From assembly GCA_934167445.1 (NCBI GenBank), contig CAKPKJ010000001.1, positions 26,937 through 90,936 of the forward strand: a DNA stretch of 64,000 bases, read 5' to 3'. Position numbers and translations under genes: made by a program. This DNA is from an uncultured Clostridia bacterium. GTDB lineage: Bacteria; Bacillota; Clostridia; TANB77; CAG-508. This document shows, piece after piece, positions 21,001-30,248 of this stretch (within the stretch, counting starts at the first letter, position 1; the number at the start of each line of letters is the position of its first letter). The notes below the pieces were generated by a model that searched no databases, was not told the origin of the DNA, and saw only the letters and a list, made by a program, of their open reading frames with translations.

Positions 21001-21145
21001 TAAAAAAACGAAAAAAAGTGAATGTTTTTTGAAAAAAGCATTTACTTTTTTTTGAAAATTGTATAAAATATTGAATAGAAATGTCGAAATTTAAATGTAA
21101 TATTTTAAACGAAAGAAAATATAATGAAAAAGAGGGAGATAAGAA

Positions 21146-22438
21146 ATGAAGATACTAATGTTGACATGGGAATATCCACCAAGAGTTGTAGGTGGAATAG
21201 CAAGAGTGGTAAGTGATTTATCACATAAATTACATAAAGATGGACATGATGTAACTGTAATTACATACAGAGAAGGTGATGCACCATATTTTGAAGATGA
21301 TAAAGGAATAAAGGTATATAGAGTTGATAACTATATGATAAATCCAAACAACTTTATAGACTGGATTTTACAACTAAATTTCAATATGATAGCAAAAGCT
21401 AATGAAATAATGCAAGAACAAGGAAATTTTGACGTTATACATGCCCATGACTGGTTAGTAGCTTATAGTGCAAAAACATTAAAAAATTCTTACAATATAC
21501 CAATTGTTGCAACAATACATGCAACAGAAGCCGGAAGAAACAGTGGTATACATGATGAGCAACAACGCTATATAAATGATACAGAATGGATGCTTACATA
21601 TGAAGCTGCAGAAGTAATAGTAAATAGTAATTATATGAAAAATGAATTACAAAGATTATTTGGATTACCATATGACAAAATAAATGTTGTGCCAAATGGA
21701 GTTAATCTAAATCTATTTAATGGAATAGAAAGAGATTATAACTTTAGAAGAAAATATGCAATGGATAATGAAAAATTAATTATGTTTATGGGAAGACTTG
21801 TGTACGAAAAAGGTATTCAACATTTAATAGCAGCAATGCCTAAAATACTAGAAGGTTACCATGACGCCAAACTTGTAATATGTGGTAAAGGTGGAATGGA
21901 AGAAGAACTTAAAAACCAAGTAAAAGCAATGGGAATAGAAAATAAAGTATGTTTTGCAGGATATATGAAAGGTAAAGATGTACAAAGAATGTATAAAGCA
22001 GCAGATGTGGCTGTGTTCCCAAGCACATATGAACCATTTGGAATAGTAGCATTAGAAGCAATGTTATCAGAAAGACCAATAGTGGTTTCTGATATAGGTG
22101 GATTAAATGAAATAGTAGACCACAAAAAGAATGGAATGAAAGCATATTGTGGAAATCCAAATTCATTTGCAGATTCAATCTTAGAACTATTGTATGATCA
22201 TAAGTTATGTGCAGACATAACAAGAGTTGCTAAAAATAAAGTTAGAAATGAATATAATTGGGGTAAAATAGCACAAGATACACATTTTGCATATCAAAAA
22301 GCAATTTGTCAATCTATGGCTGAAAAACAAAAAAGAGAATTGGAACAAGAAAGAGCAAGAAAAACACAAAAAGCTAAAAACACAGAAAATGAAATTACTA
22401 ACTTACTTAGCTTCAAAAAACGTCAGGCATATGCTTAA
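21146..22438 (+). CDS. glycosyltransferase family 4 (GT-B fold)
   Basis: MKILMLTWEYPPRVVGGIARVV and the EPFGIVALEAM motif. Lys-rich C-terminal tail. Confidence 0.75.
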   Translation: MKILMLTWEYPPRVVGGIARVVSDLSHKLHKDGHDVTVITYREGDAPYFEDDKGIKVYRVDNYMINPNNFIDWILQLNFNMIAKANEIMQEQGNFDVIHAHDWLVAYSAKTLKNSYNIPIVATIHATEAGRNSGIHDEQQRYINDTEWMLTYEAAEVIVNSNYMKNELQRLFGLPYDKINVVPNGVNLNLFNGIERDYNFRRKYAMDNEKLIMFMGRLVYEKGIQHLIAAMPKILEGYHDAKLVICGKGGMEEELKNQVKAMGIENKVCFAGYMKGKDVQRMYKAADVAVFPSTYEPFGIVALEAMLSERPIVVSDIGGLNEIVDHKKNGMKAYCGNPNSFADSILELLYDHKLCADITRVAKNKVRNEYNWGKIAQDTHFAYQKAICQSMAEKQKRELEQERARKTQKAKNTENEITNLLSFKKRQAYA

Positions 22439-22615
22439 AAATATTAAGATAAAAATAATTGCAATGTAAGAATATTTCTTATGTTGCAATTATTATAAAA
22501 CTGCCAAAGGCTTGGTATCACTAAGATAAATGCTATAGTAAAAAATATAAAACTGCAGATTGAAAAACTTATTACAAAATAAAATAAATTTTTTCAAAAA
22601 AGTTTGAAAAAAGTA

Positions 22616-22644
22616 TTGACAATATTAAAAATAATTAGTATAAT
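22616..22644 (+). promoter_or_regulatory. sigma-A promoter of the tRNA operon
   Basis: TTGACA, 17 nt, TATAAT. Upstream A-tracts. About 20 nt before tRNA-Val. Confidence 0.6.
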
Positions 22645-22664
22645 AAAACACGTCGAGAGAACAA

Positions 22665-22740
22665 GGTCGCTTAGCTCAGCTGGGAGAGCATCTGCCTTAC
22701 AAGCAGGGGGTCACAGGTTCGAGCCCTGTAGCGACCACCA
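22665..22740 (+). tRNA. tRNA-Val (anticodon TAC)
   Basis: Cloverleaf with GGTCGCT/AGCGACC acceptor stem and encoded CCA. Near-identical to Bacillus tRNA-Val. Confidence 0.85.
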
Positions 22741-22749
22741 TTCTTTTAC

Positions 22750-22826
22750 GGCCTGGTAGTTCAGTTGGTTAGAACGCTAGCCTGTCACGCTAGAGGTCGA
22801 CGGTTCGAGCCCGTTCCAGGTCGCCA
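22750..22826 (+). tRNA. tRNA-Asp (anticodon GTC)
   Basis: Anticodon loop CTGTCAC, T-arm GGTTCGAGCCC, encoded CCA. Confidence 0.85.
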
Positions 22827-22849
22827 TTTTTTTATTTAAAAATAGCAAT

Positions 22850-22925
<76 letters not shown>

Positions 22926-22934
22926 AACATATAT

Positions 22935-22972
22935 GAGTAGAAAAATTAAATTTATTTTCTACTCATTTTTTT
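22935..22972 (+). terminator. terminator of the tRNA operon
   Basis: GAGTAGAAAA/TTTTCTACTC stem followed by T7. Confidence 0.65.
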
Positions 22973-23122
22973 GATGGAATATTTACAATCGACAATTTTT
23001 GTAATATATTAGACTTGGAATATTCGGTAAGGTTTAATACAAATAGAAATAATATAACATATTCATTTACAATAGGAGAAAATAGCCTTGAATATAAAAT
23101 GATATTTTAAATAAATAGAAAA

Positions 23123-23152
23123 AGCAAGCCACAATTGTAGCTTGCTTTTTAA
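23123..23152 (-). terminator. hairpin downstream of the minus-strand ORF 23178-23666
   Basis: AAAGCAAGC/GCTTGCTTT stem flanked by A/T runs. Confidence 0.4.
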
Positions 23153-23177
23153 CGAATGAGGTATCAGCTAAGTAGAT

Positions 23178-23666
23178 TTAGGATACCAAAATGTTGCAAT
23201 AGCTCAAGATTTGTTTGAACATTTCTTCAGGAAAATGGAAACGGTTTTGTTGTCGAGTAACAACAAAGTCAATCAAATCCGTACCATAAATAGAAGAATT
23301 GGCATACCAGTCACAAACCATCTCAACAATGTCCATTTCAGACATCTGGGAAACATCTTCCCAATGTTCGGGATAATGAGAATTGTTAAGATAGTGACGT
23401 TGCAACAGCTTTTGCTGTTCTTCTGGAAGCAATTTTTTGGCATCTTTCATTGAGGCGTAGCCATCTTCGATTTTTGCCAAATCGTGCATCTCGTCTTTGT
23501 CAAAAAGCTTAGAGTTGTCGTGGGTGCTACCACGTTGCAAAATCTCTAAAGCCTTACCATCTTCACCAATTTCCCAAAAATGTTCTGCCATTTTAAGGCA
23601 ACTGCTCAAAACAAATTTCTTGTGAATCATCGTTTGAGTGAGCATTTTTTTCATCGCAGTATCCAT
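23178..23666 (-). CDS. hypothetical protein in a higher-GC islet (about 45% GC)
   Basis: Start taken at MDTAMKK after AAAGGA. No recognisable family. Composition differs sharply from the flanks. Confidence 0.5.
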   Translation of the reverse strand: MDTAMKKMLTQTMIHKKFVLSSCLKMAEHFWEIGEDGKALEILQRGSTHDNSKLFDKDEMHDLAKIEDGYASMKDAKKLLPEEQQKLLQRHYLNNSHYPEHWEDVSQMSEMDIVEMVCDWYANSSIYGTDLIDFVVTRQQNRFHFPEEMFKQILSYCNILVS

Positions 23667-23899
23667 TGTGTTGTCCTTTCGTTTTTGATACAATGTCTGA
23701 CACTAAATTAATTATAACATAGTAGACATAAAAAGTAAATAAATGGTAAAAAATAGTATGAATTGCTGAAGTATAATATTTTTTAGAAATCATATAAACA
23801 TCATAATTTGTTTTAAACTGACTTATCAGTATAAAGACTTTTTATAAAAAATATGATATAAAGAATAAAAGAAAGAAGAAAGAAGAAAGAGGAATTGAA

Positions 23900-25600
23900 A
23901 TGAAAAAAGAAGTACAAGAATTTAACAATATAAAAGAGATAATATATAATTCAGCAAAAAAATATAAAGACCATATAGCCTTTACAATAAAACATCAAAA
24001 TGGAAAAGAAGTAGAATATGAAAATAAAACATATCCAGATGTATTAAATGATATAAATACATTGGGAAAAGCTTTATATGATTTAGGAGCAAAGGGAAAA
24101 AGAGTTGCAATTATAGGAAAAAACAGATATGAATGGGTAATTGCACATTTAGCAAATTTATTAGGTGGAATAGTTTCTGTTCCATTAGATAAAGATTTAC
24201 AAATAGAAGAATTGGAAAGTTCACTTATTAGAAGTAAGGCTGATTATATTGTTTTTGATTCTAAATTAACAGAAAAAATGCAAGAAATAAGAAATAATAA
24301 CAAAACGAATTTAAAAGAATTTATATGTATGGATAAAAAAGAAGGATTTTTATCAATTGCAGAACTACTTGAAAAAGGCAAAAAAATAGAAAATGATGAA
24401 TATGTAAAAAATGAAATTGATAATGATGCAATGGGAATATTACTATTTACATCAGGAACTACATCAAAATCAAAAGCTGTAATGTTATCGCAAAAAAATA
24501 TAGCATCAAATATTTATGCTATGCAAATATGTGAAGACATACGTGATACAGATACAAATATTGCATTTTTACCATTTCATCATATATTTGGTTCAACTTG
24601 TATGGTTATGATGATAGCATCTGGAGTAAAAACTGTTTTTCCTGATGGACTTAGATACATAAAGAAGAATCTAAACGAATATAAAGTTACAATTTTTGTT
24701 GGAGTTCCAATATTAGTTGAAGCAATCTATAAAACTATAATGAAAGAAATTGAAAAACAAGGAAAAACCAAGTTAATAAAGGCAGTAATTAAATTTAGTA
24801 ATGCCTTATTAAAAATTCATATAGATCTTAGAAGAAAATTATTTAAACAAGTCATAAATGCATTAGGAGGAGAATTAAGATTTGTAATCTCAGGAGGAGC
24901 CCCAGCTGATGCAAAAATATCAAAAGGATTTAATGAATTGGGAATAAAAACTGTACAAGGATATGGGTTAACTGAAACGTCTCCAGTTATTGCGGCAGAA
25001 GATGACAATCATATGAAAAATGGATCAATCGGAATTCCTATGTGTAATGTTGAATTAGAAGTGGTAAATAAAGATGAAGAAGGAATTGGAGAAATACGTG
25101 TAAAAGGACCAAATGTAATGCTTGGCTATTATGAAATGCCAGAAGAAACAGCAAAAGTGTTAAAAGATGGATGGTTTTACACAGGAGACCTAGGCTATGT
25201 AGATAATGAAGGATATATATATATAACCGGAAGAAGCAAAAGCTTAATTGTTTTAAAAAATGGGAAAAAAGTATTTCCAGAAGAATTAGAAACAATTATT
25301 AATAGGCTTGAACTTGTTTCAGAATCAATGGTGTTTGGATTACCTGACAAACAAGATAAAAATGATGTAAAATTATCTGTTAAAATTGTTTATGATAAAG
25401 AAATTGTAAAAGAAAAATATCCAGAAAAAACGGAAGAAGAGGTATACCAAATAATATGGCAACAAGTAAAAGAAATAAATAAAGGATTTCCACGTTATAA
25501 ACATATTCAAAATATGATATTAACAGATAAAGAATTGATAAAAACATCGACTAAAAAAGTAAAAAGGCAAGAAGAAATGAAGTTGATTTGCCAAAATTAG
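23900..25600 (+). CDS. long-chain acyl-CoA synthetase (AMP-binding family)
   Basis: AMP-binding motif LLFTSGTTSKSKAV. GYGLTETS. Conserved C-terminal K. Confidence 0.8.
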   Translation: MKKEVQEFNNIKEIIYNSAKKYKDHIAFTIKHQNGKEVEYENKTYPDVLNDINTLGKALYDLGAKGKRVAIIGKNRYEWVIAHLANLLGGIVSVPLDKDLQIEELESSLIRSKADYIVFDSKLTEKMQEIRNNNKTNLKEFICMDKKEGFLSIAELLEKGKKIENDEYVKNEIDNDAMGILLFTSGTTSKSKAVMLSQKNIASNIYAMQICEDIRDTDTNIAFLPFHHIFGSTCMVMMIASGVKTVFPDGLRYIKKNLNEYKVTIFVGVPILVEAIYKTIMKEIEKQGKTKLIKAVIKFSNALLKIHIDLRRKLFKQVINALGGELRFVISGGAPADAKISKGFNELGIKTVQGYGLTETSPVIAAEDDNHMKNGSIGIPMCNVELEVVNKDEEGIGEIRVKGPNVMLGYYEMPEETAKVLKDGWFYTGDLGYVDNEGYIYITGRSKSLIVLKNGKKVFPEELETIINRLELVSESMVFGLPDKQDKNDVKLSVKIVYDKEIVKEKYPEKTEEEVYQIIWQQVKEINKGFPRYKHIQNMILTDKELIKTSTKKVKRQEEMKLICQN

Positions 25601-25718
25601 AAAAAATTAGGATGATTTGAGCTAAATAAAGTTTACCTAAAAAGAGGCATATATAAATGAGGTTACATTTTTAGTAGTTTCATATAAATATGCTTCTTTT
25701 TATTTTATAATTTTGTTT

Positions 25719-27458
25719 TTATTTATTTTCATCTGAATTATTTTCTTTAAAATTCATATTATCACCATAACGTTTAACTTTTTGGGTGGTAGTTTTTTCA
25801 AATTCTTTATCTCTAATAATAAAGTTCTTAATATGTTTATAATTAGGCAATTTGCTGTTTACACTAGAAACCGCATCTGAAACAACTTTCCAAACTTCTT
25901 CTTTTGTAGGGACACTTCCTTTTAAGTATTCAGTAATTGCTTCAAGGTTAGGATAAATTTGAGCGTTTACATAGGTTTCGTCATCATCTTCTTTTCGAAT
26001 ACCTTGAACCAAGGATTCAGAAATAAGAGGGTTATCATTTAAATAATATTCAACTTCTTCTGGATATATATTTTTTCCATTTTTAGTAACAATAACAGAT
26101 TTACATCTACCAGTTATATACAAATAACCATTTTCGTCGATTTTTCCTAAATCTCCAGTATGGAACCAACCATCAATAATTGTTTCTGAAGTTTTTTGCT
26201 CATCTTCATAATATCCAAGCATTACATTAGGACCTTTTACTATAATTTCTCCAACACCTTCACTATTAGGGTTATCAATTTTGTATTCAACATTTGGAAT
26301 AGGTAAACCTGCAGCATCATCTCTTTGAAAGAAGTCTGTATTTCCTGCAACAAGAGGAGAACATTCTGTTAATCCATATCCTTGCAATACATTAAGATGT
26401 AAATTTCTAAAATCAAAGGCAATATCTGGGTTCACCGCAGCAGCACCTACTATAAATACTCTTAATCTTCCACCTAAGGTGTTTTTTACTTTTGTTCTTA
26501 CAATTTTTTTCATAATAGCTGATAAGTTATTATATGGATTCCTGTTATTCTCCATTTTATATTTATCAGGAAGTGATTTATTCATATTTTTTACAATATT
26601 TTTATGTAATTTTTCTAGTAGCAAAGGAACACATAATATTACAGAAGGATGGAATTCTTGCATATTTTTTGCAATATAACGTAATCCTTGGCAATGACAA
26701 ATAGAGGCTCCACTATATATTGGTAATAAAAATCCAATTGTACATTCATATGTATGGTGCAAAGGTAAAATAGAGAAAAATAAGTCACTTCTTTTTACTT
26801 TTACAATTCCATATATTGATAAAATATTAGAACATATATTACGTTGTGACAAACATACACCTTTAGCACTTCCTGTAGTTCCAGAAGTAAACAATAAAAC
26901 ACGTAATTCATCTGGATTTATAGTTATATTATCAAAATCAGTAAAACCATTGTCATAAAATTTCTTGCCGTCTGTAAGCATTTTGCTGAAATCGTGCTCA
27001 AATGTTACAAATAAAGTTTCAGAATTTTCTAATTTAGAAATATTTTCTTTTAATCCATTAAGATTTTTTTCATCACCTAAAATGCATACAGATTTAGAAA
27101 CATTCATAAAATTAATTACATCATCAGTATGTAATTCTTTATCAATTGGAACGACAATACCTACAATTGAAGCGGCTAAATAAGAGACACACCAGTTGTA
27201 AGAATTTTTCCCTATTACAGCAATCCTTTTATTTAAAAAGCCATTTTTTATAAGTGTTGTCCCTAAGTGTACAATATCGTTTTTAAATTCAGAATATTTT
27301 ATATATTTAATTTCCCCATTATTATCCTTTATTTTAAAAGCTGTTCTATTACGGTAGATATCACCTGAACGGTATATCATATCTTTAAAGTTTGAAACTT
27401 CTTCTGTTTTATGATATTTTTTCTCAAGTTGTTTTGCTACATTTAATTTCTCTTTCAT
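25719..27458 (-). CDS. long-chain acyl-CoA synthetase (AMP-binding family), paralog
   Basis: LLFTSGTTGSAKGV and GYGLTECS motifs. Confidence 0.8.
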   Translation of the reverse strand: MKEKLNVAKQLEKKYHKTEEVSNFKDMIYRSGDIYRNRTAFKIKDNNGEIKYIKYSEFKNDIVHLGTTLIKNGFLNKRIAVIGKNSYNWCVSYLAASIVGIVVPIDKELHTDDVINFMNVSKSVCILGDEKNLNGLKENISKLENSETLFVTFEHDFSKMLTDGKKFYDNGFTDFDNITINPDELRVLLFTSGTTGSAKGVCLSQRNICSNILSIYGIVKVKRSDLFFSILPLHHTYECTIGFLLPIYSGASICHCQGLRYIAKNMQEFHPSVILCVPLLLEKLHKNIVKNMNKSLPDKYKMENNRNPYNNLSAIMKKIVRTKVKNTLGGRLRVFIVGAAAVNPDIAFDFRNLHLNVLQGYGLTECSPLVAGNTDFFQRDDAAGLPIPNVEYKIDNPNSEGVGEIIVKGPNVMLGYYEDEQKTSETIIDGWFHTGDLGKIDENGYLYITGRCKSVIVTKNGKNIYPEEVEYYLNDNPLISESLVQGIRKEDDDETYVNAQIYPNLEAITEYLKGSVPTKEEVWKVVSDAVSSVNSKLPNYKHIKNFIIRDKEFEKTTTQKVKRYGDNMNFKENNSDENK

Positions 27459-27478
27459 ATGTTCCTCCTAAAATATAA

Positions 27479-28345
27479 TTATTTGTATCTATAAAAAATA
27501 TAATTTGTATCTTTTTTTAATGTTATAGTTCCGTCATATAAAGAACTTGAATCTGTATCTATTGGAATATCAATAAACACACTGCATTTAAATTCTTGGT
27601 TTAAATTATTTGTAATATATATATCAAAAGAGATGCTAGTTCTTATAGAATTAAGTAAAATTTCACATCTTTTTAATAAAGAACCATCATAAGTTATTGC
27701 TTTAGAAGTATCTGTTATTGTGTAATCGTTTTTTATGTTTTGGTTGACAAAACTTAAAACAATAGGGTTTGCCAAATTGTTATATAAAACAGGCGAATCT
27801 AGATTAGTTATATCATCTGAAGATATGGAAAAATCTAATCTATCATTAATCACATTAGTTTCTACAATTTCACTTTTGGCAAAATTTTCAATATTTTTGT
27901 AATATAAATTTGGAATACCAAGTTCTGGAGTCTTGGTGAATTTTATATTATCGATATATACTGATTTTAAAGTGTTCTCTAAACCTTTTTCTGGATTAGG
28001 ACTACTTATAAATAAAGCCATATCAGTATATTGATACAAATTTTCAATTGTAAAATTGCTACTTGATATATTTTTGCTTTTTGCATCACAACTACTAAAA
28101 AAGGTGATATTTTTTATCTGAAATATAGTTGATTCATTTTTTTTAGAAAAGTTCATAACACTATTTTCAAAAGCTTGCTTTGAGTAAATTCGAGTAAATA
28201 ACAAATTTGCTAATACCAAAGCAAAAATTAATAAAAGCAATGTAATTATTGATGCTATTTTCAATTTTTTATTGAGTTTTTTAAATCCTTTATTAAAATG
28301 TGAAAGTCTTGTTTTGAATCTAGAATATTTATTATTCTTATCCAT
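27479..28345 (-). CDS. hypothetical membrane-anchored protein
   Basis: Start at MDKNNK after AAGGAGG. Basic N-terminus, one transmembrane helix, Asn/Ser-rich ectodomain. Confidence 0.5.
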   Translation of the reverse strand: MDKNNKYSRFKTRLSHFNKGFKKLNKKLKIASIITLLLLIFALVLANLLFTRIYSKQAFENSVMNFSKKNESTIFQIKNITFFSSCDAKSKNISSSNFTIENLYQYTDMALFISSPNPEKGLENTLKSVYIDNIKFTKTPELGIPNLYYKNIENFAKSEIVETNVINDRLDFSISSDDITNLDSPVLYNNLANPIVLSFVNQNIKNDYTITDTSKAITYDGSLLKRCEILLNSIRTSISFDIYITNNLNQEFKCSVFIDIPIDTDSSSLYDGTITLKKDTNYIFYRYK

Positions 28346-28489
28346 AATTCCTCCTTTGTAAAACATATATATAATAGTATAAAAATAAAATAAAATCAAG
28401 TAAATTAAATAGATTATTTGAGTAAAAATTTCCAGCATTTTAAATTGACAAAAAGAGACTAAAAAGGTAGAATTGTATTAGGTGATAAT

Positions 28490-29740
28490 ATGAAATCAAA
28501 AGATAAAATGAAAAAACATATGAAAATATCAATTAAGAATATAATGTTTGTTTCAGTTTTTGTTATTATTCTATTATTTCTATTAGCAATTTATGATTAT
28601 TATTTTAGAAAAGATGAAGTTTATGCACAAGAAACGAGTGCAAAAACAAAACAGAATAATGTAAAAATAAGCAATGCAAGTGAAATCGATCTTGAAAAGA
28701 TAATGAACCAAAATTCAGAAAATAAAGCTAAAGAAGAATATATGACAGAAGAAGTTGAATTAGAATATATAACAAAATATAGACAAAATGAGAATATTCC
28801 AACAGGGACAATTCAGGTAGTACAAGAAGGAAGAGAAGGAAAACAAGAAATTACAACAAAAAAAACATATAAAAACGGTCAAGTAGCATCTGAAGAACAA
28901 GTAAATAGCAAGATAACTAAGGCCTCAGTAGATAAAATTGTTGAAATTGGTACTGGAACGAAAAAAAGCAAGCATATAGTGCAAATTGGAGAGTCAGTAC
29001 AGATAACGTCTGATAGAGCAAGCATAATGTTGGAAGCAGATGAAAATTCTCAAAAAGTAGCAACTTTGACTAAAGGAATGGAACTCAAGGTATTAGAAAT
29101 AAAAAATGAATGGTATAAAATCAGTGGAAATGGCACTGTTGGTTATATAAAATCAGAAAATACATCATATGCTGATAACGAAGAAAAAGAAGATACAAAA
29201 CAAAAAAACAAAACCAATGAAAATTCTAATGATGCTACAAACATAGCTAAACTAAGCTTTGATATGGAATTAAACAAGCCAAGTGGCTTAAGTTTAGAAC
29301 AATTTGAAAAAGTATTGACAGATAGTAAAGATAAGAAAAATGTATTTAAAAACAATGCAAAATATTTTTATTATGTTGAACAACAATATAATATAAATGG
29401 TCTTTTTGTCGCTGCACTTGGAATACATGAAAGCAATTGGGGAACATCTAAAATAGCACAAAATAAGCATAATTTATTTGGATATGGGGCATATGATTCA
29501 AATCCTTATAATGGAGCATATGATTTTAAAGATTATTCGGAAAGTATTGACTTAGTGTCTAGAGTATTTATTAAATATTATTTGAATCCTAAAGGGACAG
29601 CAATTTATGGCGGAGAAATAGCCTCTGGAAAATACTATAGTGGGGCAACATTAAGTGGAATAAATAAGAAATATGCAACAGATAAAAATTGGGCGAATGG
29701 AGTATATAAAAATATGGAATATTTATACAATAAATTATAA
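28490..29740 (+). CDS. cell-wall hydrolase: G5 and SH3 domains plus mannosyl-glycoprotein endo-beta-N-acetylglucosaminidase domain
   Basis: Signal anchor. The G5-like block begins at TGTIQVVQEGREGK. SH3-like segment. GIHESNWGTSKIAQNKHNLFGYGAYD glucosaminidase core. Confidence 0.75.
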   Translation: MKSKDKMKKHMKISIKNIMFVSVFVIILLFLLAIYDYYFRKDEVYAQETSAKTKQNNVKISNASEIDLEKIMNQNSENKAKEEYMTEEVELEYITKYRQNENIPTGTIQVVQEGREGKQEITTKKTYKNGQVASEEQVNSKITKASVDKIVEIGTGTKKSKHIVQIGESVQITSDRASIMLEADENSQKVATLTKGMELKVLEIKNEWYKISGNGTVGYIKSENTSYADNEEKEDTKQKNKTNENSNDATNIAKLSFDMELNKPSGLSLEQFEKVLTDSKDKKNVFKNNAKYFYYVEQQYNINGLFVAALGIHESNWGTSKIAQNKHNLFGYGAYDSNPYNGAYDFKDYSESIDLVSRVFIKYYLNPKGTAIYGGEIASGKYYSGATLSGINKKYATDKNWANGVYKNMEYLYNKL

Positions 29741-29837
29741 AAAAATCTTGCTATTTTTTACAATTTATTGTATGATATAGAAGTATAAGGCTTTAGGAAA
29801 AATGCTTAAAAGAGACTTGAGAAAGGGGCTTGAATAA

Positions 29838-30245
29838 ATGAAGAGAGGACTATTAATATTTACGATATTTATAGTAATAAGTGGAATGTTTTTTGCTACA
29901 ACAAAAATATATGCAGCAGAAAAAGCGATTGATGAATCAACAGAGAGTAAAATTATTGAATTAAAAGATAATGCAGCTAGCTCACTTGCCGATTATCAAG
30001 ATAAATATGGCTCAAATATATATGGATTTGTAGCATATATTTTAAATTTAATTAGAATTTATAGTATACCATTATGCTTTTTAGGAATAGCAATTGGAGC
30101 AATACATCAATATGTAATAGGTATAAGAAAATTGGATACACTAGAAAAAGGAATGGCTTTAATAGTAAGCTTTGTAACAATATTAATTATATGCCAAATC
30201 TTACCACTAGCATTTGCAGTGTTTGTAAAATTTGGAAGGGGGTAA
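29838..30245 (+). CDS. small secreted protein with two transmembrane helices
   Basis: Signal peptide, probably cleaved near IYAAEKA. Two C-terminal hydrophobic helices. RBS GAAAGGGG. Confidence 0.5.
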   Translation: MKRGLLIFTIFIVISGMFFATTKIYAAEKAIDESTESKIIELKDNAASSLADYQDKYGSNIYGFVAYILNLIRIYSIPLCFLGIAIGAIHQYVIGIRKLDTLEKGMALIVSFVTILIICQILPLAFAVFVKFGRG

Positions 30246-30248
30246 CAA

